DNA from: a virus
Lineage: Duplodnaviria; Caudoviricetes
DNA: 64,000 bases
Virus record (IMG/VR): IMGVR_UViG_3300033073_000489
Location: 18,781-82,780 of that record
Direction: 5' to 3' (one strand)
The notes under the pieces were generated by a model. It made no database searches. It saw nothing but the letters and a program-made list of their open reading frames with translations, and had not been told where the DNA came from. The position numbers and the translations under genes are program-made. Positions 59,929 through 64,000 of the stretch are shown piece by piece; position 1 is the first letter of the stretch; every line of letters starts with the position of its first letter.

Positions 59929-61329
59929 TTATTTGCGAGCGTTAGCTCGAACTTGATCGAAAGTAATTTCGTTTACAAGTTTACCATTACGGAAAACTTC
60001 TTGCAATGCAGGAACCCATCCACCGATGCCTTTGTCAGTCCAACCAGTTGGAGCAGTGACACCGCTAGCAAACTCACCACCACTGTTAGTCCAAAGTTGG
60101 ACACGACCAGCTTTTGACTTCTTGCCAGAGTCAGTAACAGGATCTTTTTGCACATCGACCCATTTACCGTTAATTTCCGCACTCGAGCATTTCATTGCAA
60201 ACTTTTGAGTATCGCGATCTACTTGTTGCAGTAGTGCGCCGCCCATACCAAATGCAATGTTATCGGCACTATAGCCATACACTTGGAATGAACCAAGGAT
60301 ACAACGAATAGTGTGTTCGTTAACACCGTCACCTTGGATAAGGCGAACGTTGTTAAGGACCTTGAAGCCTTTGCTGTTAACAGTAGATCCAAACTTTTGG
60401 TCTAAGATTTGAACAAGTTGTCGACATACAACGTCAGGATCCCCAGAGTCTGGACGGATGACAACAGTAGCGCCACTATCAATAACCTTCTGCTTGAGTT
60501 CTTCACCCCAGAGTTTCGAGGCAGCGTTGAAGATATCATAACTATCGCTAACCACTGCAACGATACTACCAGGCTTAGCAAATTGAGCAAGCATATTTTC
60601 ATAGGCTTTTACCTCACCATCACGGCCCCAGCTAGTAATTGTTGAGTGTTCGGCGGCAGGGATAGAAAAGCCGCTAACCCCAGCATCATAGTATTCGCGA
60701 GCATACAGAACACCAGAAATAGTATCACTACCCATGAAGTTAACCAAGTGTGCCGCACCTCCGATAGCCGCTGATTCCAAGCTAGAAACACCACGAGCAC
60801 CGAAATCGTGCAACTTAAAGTCAATAAGGGAAGGGTCACCTGTTTTCTCCAATGCGTCTAAGATAACCTTGCGGATTGTGTAACTCTGTGTTGCCACAGT
60901 AGTTGGATACCACACGGCACGAAGCAAGGCAGTTTCGAGCCAGGTAGTTAGCCAGAAGCATTCTGGATCAGTGTTTTCAATCGTTGCCAGGACTTGCTTG
61001 ACTGGGACAACTGTGCCTTCAGGGACGGCTCTGATAACAACTGGGAGGTATCCAGAGTGCTTGTCAAGAATGTATTGCCATCCTGCTCTGTTGAAAGGCT
61101 CACCGTGTGCGGTAAGGATCTCGTCAGCAATGTCGATATCGGATTGCGTGATAGGATCGAGCAAGTATTCCTTGATAAAGGCCTGTAGTCCGAACATGAC
61201 AGTTTTGTCATATCGACCGCCTCGCGATTCAATGTAAGAATATACACCAGTAGTTCCTGCTGGATATTGTTTGAACATCGACACTTTGTATGAGTCGGTG
61301 TTGAGAATAATGTTTTTTGCTAGTTTCAT
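59929..61329 (-). CDS. nadV: Nicotinamide phosphoribosyltransferase (NAMPT)
   Basis: TDSYKVS, LHDFGARG, PAAEHS, SDSYD, IRPDSGDP, QGDG, FGMGG. Confidence 0.93.
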   Translation of the reverse strand: MKLAKNIILNTDSYKVSMFKQYPAGTTGVYSYIESRGGRYDKTVMFGLQAFIKEYLLDPITQSDIDIADEILTAHGEPFNRAGWQYILDKHSGYLPVVIRAVPEGTVVPVKQVLATIENTDPECFWLTTWLETALLRAVWYPTTVATQSYTIRKVILDALEKTGDPSLIDFKLHDFGARGVSSLESAAIGGAAHLVNFMGSDTISGVLYAREYYDAGVSGFSIPAAEHSTITSWGRDGEVKAYENMLAQFAKPGSIVAVVSDSYDIFNAASKLWGEELKQKVIDSGATVVIRPDSGDPDVVCRQLVQILDQKFGSTVNSKGFKVLNNVRLIQGDGVNEHTIRCILGSFQVYGYSADNIAFGMGGALLQQVDRDTQKFAMKCSSAEINGKWVDVQKDPVTDSGKKSKAGRVQLWTNSGGEFASGVTAPTGWTDKGIGGWVPALQEVFRNGKLVNEITFDQVRANARK

Positions 61330-61352
61330 GATAAACTCCTTATCAGTTAATC

Positions 61353-61376
61353 ACCCGTTGCGTCTATCGCTTGGGC
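61353..61376 (-). promoter_or_regulatory. Leader hairpin motif 1 (CGAUAGACG)
   Basis: GCCC-AA-GCG-AUAGA-CGC-AAC-GGGU upstream of the AAGGAG SD. Confidence 0.65.
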
Positions 61377-61384
61377 TTAGTTAT

Positions 61385-61413
61385 AGTATAACGTCTACAC
61401 CATGTAGCGTCAA
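61385..61413 (-). promoter_or_regulatory. sigma70-type promoter of NAMPT
   Basis: TTGACG-N17-TATACT. Confidence 0.75.
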
Positions 61414-61614
61414 CTATTTCTTACCACGAATGGCATTTAGCTTGTCCAATCGTTCGTAATCTTCTCTGCACTCTTTTGAGCAAAATGCTCCTTGAGTTGG
61501 TTCTTCACAGGCCAAACAGAATCCAGTTTTCTCTGGAACTTTTGCCCTGTTGCGTAACGCTTCTTGAAATAACATTTCGGTTACTTGTTCCGCGTCTTCT
61601 AACATATCTGCCAT
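61414..61614 (-). CDS. TraR/DksA-like C4 zinc-finger protein
   Basis: Start MADMLEDA; CLAC...FCSKEC; ends in TAG. Confidence 0.65.
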   Translation of the reverse strand: MADMLEDAEQVTEMLFQEALRNRAKVPEKTGFCLACEEPTQGAFCSKECREDYERLDKLNAIRGKK

Positions 61615-61624
61615 TTTATTATCC

Positions 61625-62089
61625 TTATTGCCCAAATTCAACTAATGTAACTGAGCCACCTTGAGCTGTCATTTTGGCTGCAAAATCTTCAATCATTGGA
61701 ATGATGCGATTTGGATCTCCTCCAGCTAACCCCATTCCAATCATTGGCAGACCAATTCGATATTTACCAAATCGTTTTGCCAATTTATCTAGGATTATTT
61801 GGAAACTTGTGTATTCAAATACATCCTCGCCTGGATAGCTTGCTGTGTTATATTGGGTGTAGGCGTTGATAACAACTAAACGTCCTGCCATACCAATTGT
61901 ATAGCAACCCAACTTGTTACGATCGCCGGCTAGCGTTTCTTGATCAGCTAGCCATGCATCTGGAAACTGCTCACGAATGCTTTTGGCAATACCACTACCC
62001 ATTACGTTCCAGCAGTTACAGCCTTGAACAATAATGTCAAACTCGTTTGCCTTACCTAGTGCGAGCAAGTCGCCTTTAACTAATTTCAT
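61625..62089 (-). CDS. Macro domain (ADP-ribose binding/hydrolase) protein
   Basis: KGDLL, QGCNC..MGSGIA, INAYTQ, PMIGMGLAGGD. Confidence 0.9.
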   Translation of the reverse strand: MKLVKGDLLALGKANEFDIIVQGCNCWNVMGSGIAKSIREQFPDAWLADQETLAGDRNKLGCYTIGMAGRLVVINAYTQYNTASYPGEDVFEYTSFQIILDKLAKRFGKYRIGLPMIGMGLAGGDPNRIIPMIEDFAAKMTAQGGSVTLVEFGQ

Positions 62090-62090
62090 G

Positions 62091-63128
62091 TTATGATCCT
62101 AAGAAGTGTTGAATAATTTCGTAGTGGTCTTCAAAGCATTCCTCGCTTCTAACTTCAGCGATAGGAACCCACCGTGCTTTTTCTGCGTCATCGCTACCTT
62201 TTACCTTAGGCAACTCACCGTCGGGAAGTTGAATGTAAAAGGCATGCGTAATTATACGTCCTCTAGGACTTCTGTCAATTGCATCGAACACTTTGCTACG
62301 GACAATACTGCCACGAAGCACAGGAGCAGGAACTTTGATCATCGTTTCTTCACGCAACTCACGAATGGCCGCATCTTCAACTGACTTGTCAGTATTAGCG
62401 TTTACATATCCGCCTGGCAATGCCCACAGGCCTCGACCTGGCTCAGCACGGCGCTTGATAAGCAAGATGTGTCCGCTTTGAATCACAACCGCATCGGCAG
62501 TTGAGAAGATTGGCGGGTAGGGCAAACTTGCATATTGTTTCTTGTAAGTTTCCACAAACTCGCGTTCGCGAATGATTTGTTCGTATTCTGGAGTAGATTT
62601 GAATCGTTCAAGGAAATCAAAAGTGCTTTCTGGAACTACGCCTTTAATGAACTTCATGTTGACATCACGCTTGAAGAACAAGTCACGAATGTTAACGGCT
62701 GACAGGAACTCGATAAGTTCTACATCTTCATATCCCCATTGTGGGAACATATCAAGATAGAAACTACTGTCGTCTTTTTTGTGACCGATGATGCCGACCT
62801 TCATATTTTCTTTGGGACCATAATTGTCCCAAGTGTGTTTGGCTACAAGTTGCTGGACGCGAACTGCCCATGCTTGATCGTTGTAGATAGTATCTGTATT
62901 GGCTTCGATGCTGATCTGCATACTAAGACCTGCTGTAGCGGCACGGATCATATCACGGCGCTCGGCAAAAGTAAATGGGTTCTTATAAGTGCGTGGTTGG
63001 CAAGAACTACCAACGACAATAACCAACTTATCGCACAGGGCCGTGGCACGTTTGATAATCTCTAAGTGAGCACTATGAATTGGTTGAAAACGTCCAATGA
63101 GGACGAGGGTATCGTATTTTTTAGACAT
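62091..63128 (-). CDS. nadM: Bifunctional NMN adenylyltransferase / Nudix ADP-ribose hydrolase
   Basis: GRFQPIHSAH, NPFTFAER, LSAVNIR, Nudix GGYV...AAIRELREET, SDDA. Confidence 0.92.
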   Translation of the reverse strand: MSKKYDTLVLIGRFQPIHSAHLEIIKRATALCDKLVIVVGSSCQPRTYKNPFTFAERRDMIRAATAGLSMQISIEANTDTIYNDQAWAVRVQQLVAKHTWDNYGPKENMKVGIIGHKKDDSSFYLDMFPQWGYEDVELIEFLSAVNIRDLFFKRDVNMKFIKGVVPESTFDFLERFKSTPEYEQIIREREFVETYKKQYASLPYPPIFSTADAVVIQSGHILLIKRRAEPGRGLWALPGGYVNANTDKSVEDAAIRELREETMIKVPAPVLRGSIVRSKVFDAIDRSPRGRIITHAFYIQLPDGELPKVKGSDDAEKARWVPIAEVRSEECFEDHYEIIQHFLGS

Positions 63129-63150
63129 TGAAAAATCCTTTCAATAATGT

Positions 63151-63175
63151 CAGCGCCACGTCTATCGTTTTGCTA
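63151..63175 (-). promoter_or_regulatory. Leader hairpin motif 2 (CGAUAGACG)
   Basis: UAGC-AAA-ACG-AUAGA-CGU-GGC-GCUG upstream of the AAAGGA SD. Confidence 0.65.
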
Positions 63176-63219
63176 TATTTTTATTTATGCCTTAAGTATA
63201 ACACTAAGGCATAAACTGG

Positions 63220-63663
63220 TCAAGCTAATTTGGCTCTAATTTCCATGTAGAATTGATGATACTTAGCCATTCGGGCGATGTCTTTTTCAGTTACCCCTTT
63301 GAGTCTACGGATGTCAGTGTTGTGACGCAGATCAGCCATTTTGACACGCATTGCATCTTCACTAGCAAATACGCCTTCCTTATATTCTTCATAAGTTTGG
63401 CCCGGTTGCTTAGTAAGAGCACGGATACCAGTAATAACACGCTCGCTAATACCAGCTTCACGAAGTTCCTTGTAAGTAACCTTAGTGTCTTCAATAACGT
63501 CATGACCTAATGCCATGCACATCAGTTCTTCGTCGTCGGACTTCAAGTAGTGCATAACTTTGAGAGGGTGGAGAATGTAGGGGTTTCCACCTCTGTCAAA
63601 TTGACCGTGGTGTGCATTAGTTACAATAACTAGCATCTTGTCTAACATTTCGCCTTTTCTCAT
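63220..63663 (-). CDS. HD-domain protein, RelA/SpoT hydrolase-like
   Basis: AHHGQFDRGGNPYILHP, ALGHDVIEDT, VKMADLRHN. Confidence 0.85.
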   Translation of the reverse strand: MRKGEMLDKMLVIVTNAHHGQFDRGGNPYILHPLKVMHYLKSDDEELMCMALGHDVIEDTKVTYKELREAGISERVITGIRALTKQPGQTYEEYKEGVFASEDAMRVKMADLRHNTDIRRLKGVTEKDIARMAKYHQFYMEIRAKLA

Positions 63664-63742
63664 TTTGGACTCCTTTTACTACACTTTTAGTATAACATCA
63701 AAGCTATCTTTGTCAACCGGTGTTGTTTTAAAGCCACAAAAG

Positions 63743-63764
63743 AAAAGCGCCCGAAGGCGCTTTC
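63743..63764 (-). terminator. Intrinsic terminator ending the tmRNA coding piece
   Basis: AAAGCGCC-UUCG-GGCGCUUUU. Confidence 0.85.
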
Positions 63765-63982
63765 TGCTATTTTGGGTGACAAGGTATAACTACCTCGCAA
63801 GTGCAGTTTCTTAGGCTGCTAGTTCGAAACGCTCAGCGTTTGCAGCCTTAGCTACGAATGCTGGCACTTCGAAGTGCTTGAATGTAGATGCTGTTGCATT
63901 TACTAGTTTTGCTTGATTTACGGTCATCGCCTACCGTGTTGCCGTCTTCAATATCTACCCCTGTCGAAACCATGGCAGGCCC
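63765..63982 (-). ncRNA. ssrA: tmRNA, 5'/coding piece (probably permuted two-piece gene)
   Basis: 5' GGGCCUGCCAUGGUUUCGACAGGG; UAAAU before resume GCA; tag ORF 63897-63811 ATASTFKHFEVPAFVAKAANAERFELAA. Confidence 0.85.
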
Positions 63983-64000
63983 ATTATAAAACACACTAGA

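Noticed and set aside
293-63510. Numerous short plus-strand and alternate-frame ORFs in the track (e.g. 5777-6154, 8103-8615, 55536-56063, 56377-57840, 59188-59580)
   Set aside because: Antisense shadows of well-supported minus-strand genes or of tRNAs, with no motifs or SD.
1-64000. Genome-wide TAG reassignment (code 15/16)
   Set aside because: Ligase, ClpP, NAMPT, rIIA and other long genes are full length in code 11; only one candidate in-frame TAG was found.
1-64000. rRNA genes, IS/transposases, integrase, homing endonucleases
   Set aside because: No recognisable signatures. The 7995 nuclease-like ORF lacks HNH, GIY-YIG and LAGLIDADG motifs.

Overview
64 kb of a large AT-rich dsDNA phage genome (T4-like or jumbo). 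It shows TATAAATA late-promoter motifs, rIIA/rIIB-like genes, many perfect sigma70 promoters and UUCG terminators, and almost everything is on the minus strand. A betaproteobacterial host is inferred only from the Bug/TctC, DctP and periplasmic protein types. Layout: 1-15.4 kb, host-takeover and hypothetical genes (radical SAM fragment, BI-1/YccA, DNA ligase, ClpP, IF-1, lipoproteins) plus an anticodon-less tRNA-like RNA. 15.4-34.1 kb, an accessory island of four AsnB/PP-loop amide-ligase-like genes, three membrane desaturases, five 2OG-Fe(II)/cupin oxygenases, a Rieske oxygenase, GNAT-like genes and four orphan solute-binding proteins. 34.1-39 kb, RNA repair genes (Pnk-like kinase, RNA ligase, phosphoesterases) and a Ro60/TROVE-like vWA gene. 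39-49.4 kb, 47 tRNA or tRNA-like genes interleaved with structured ncRNAs. 49.7-64 kb, QueC-like, AhpCD, porin, an isolated amber-suppressor tRNA, rIIA/B, an NAD salvage module, TraR-like and HD genes, and the coding half of a probably permuted tmRNA. Best candidates for undescribed biology: (1) eight dispersed RNAs sharing a covarying AGRAU-N5-CAGCAA...AUYCUG scaffold, two carrying circularly permuted YrlA-like tRNA mimics and one at the ribosome-binding site of the Ro60-like gene; (2) a leader-peptide attenuator (49 codons, all 20 amino acids) gating the tRNA operon; (3) an amber suppressor plus a gene with TAG at codon 3; (4) a covarying CG-AUAGA-CG hairpin in both NAD-salvage leaders; (5) tRNAs with two anticodon-like loops. 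All structures were folded by eye and all protein families were assigned from motifs. No database searches were run.
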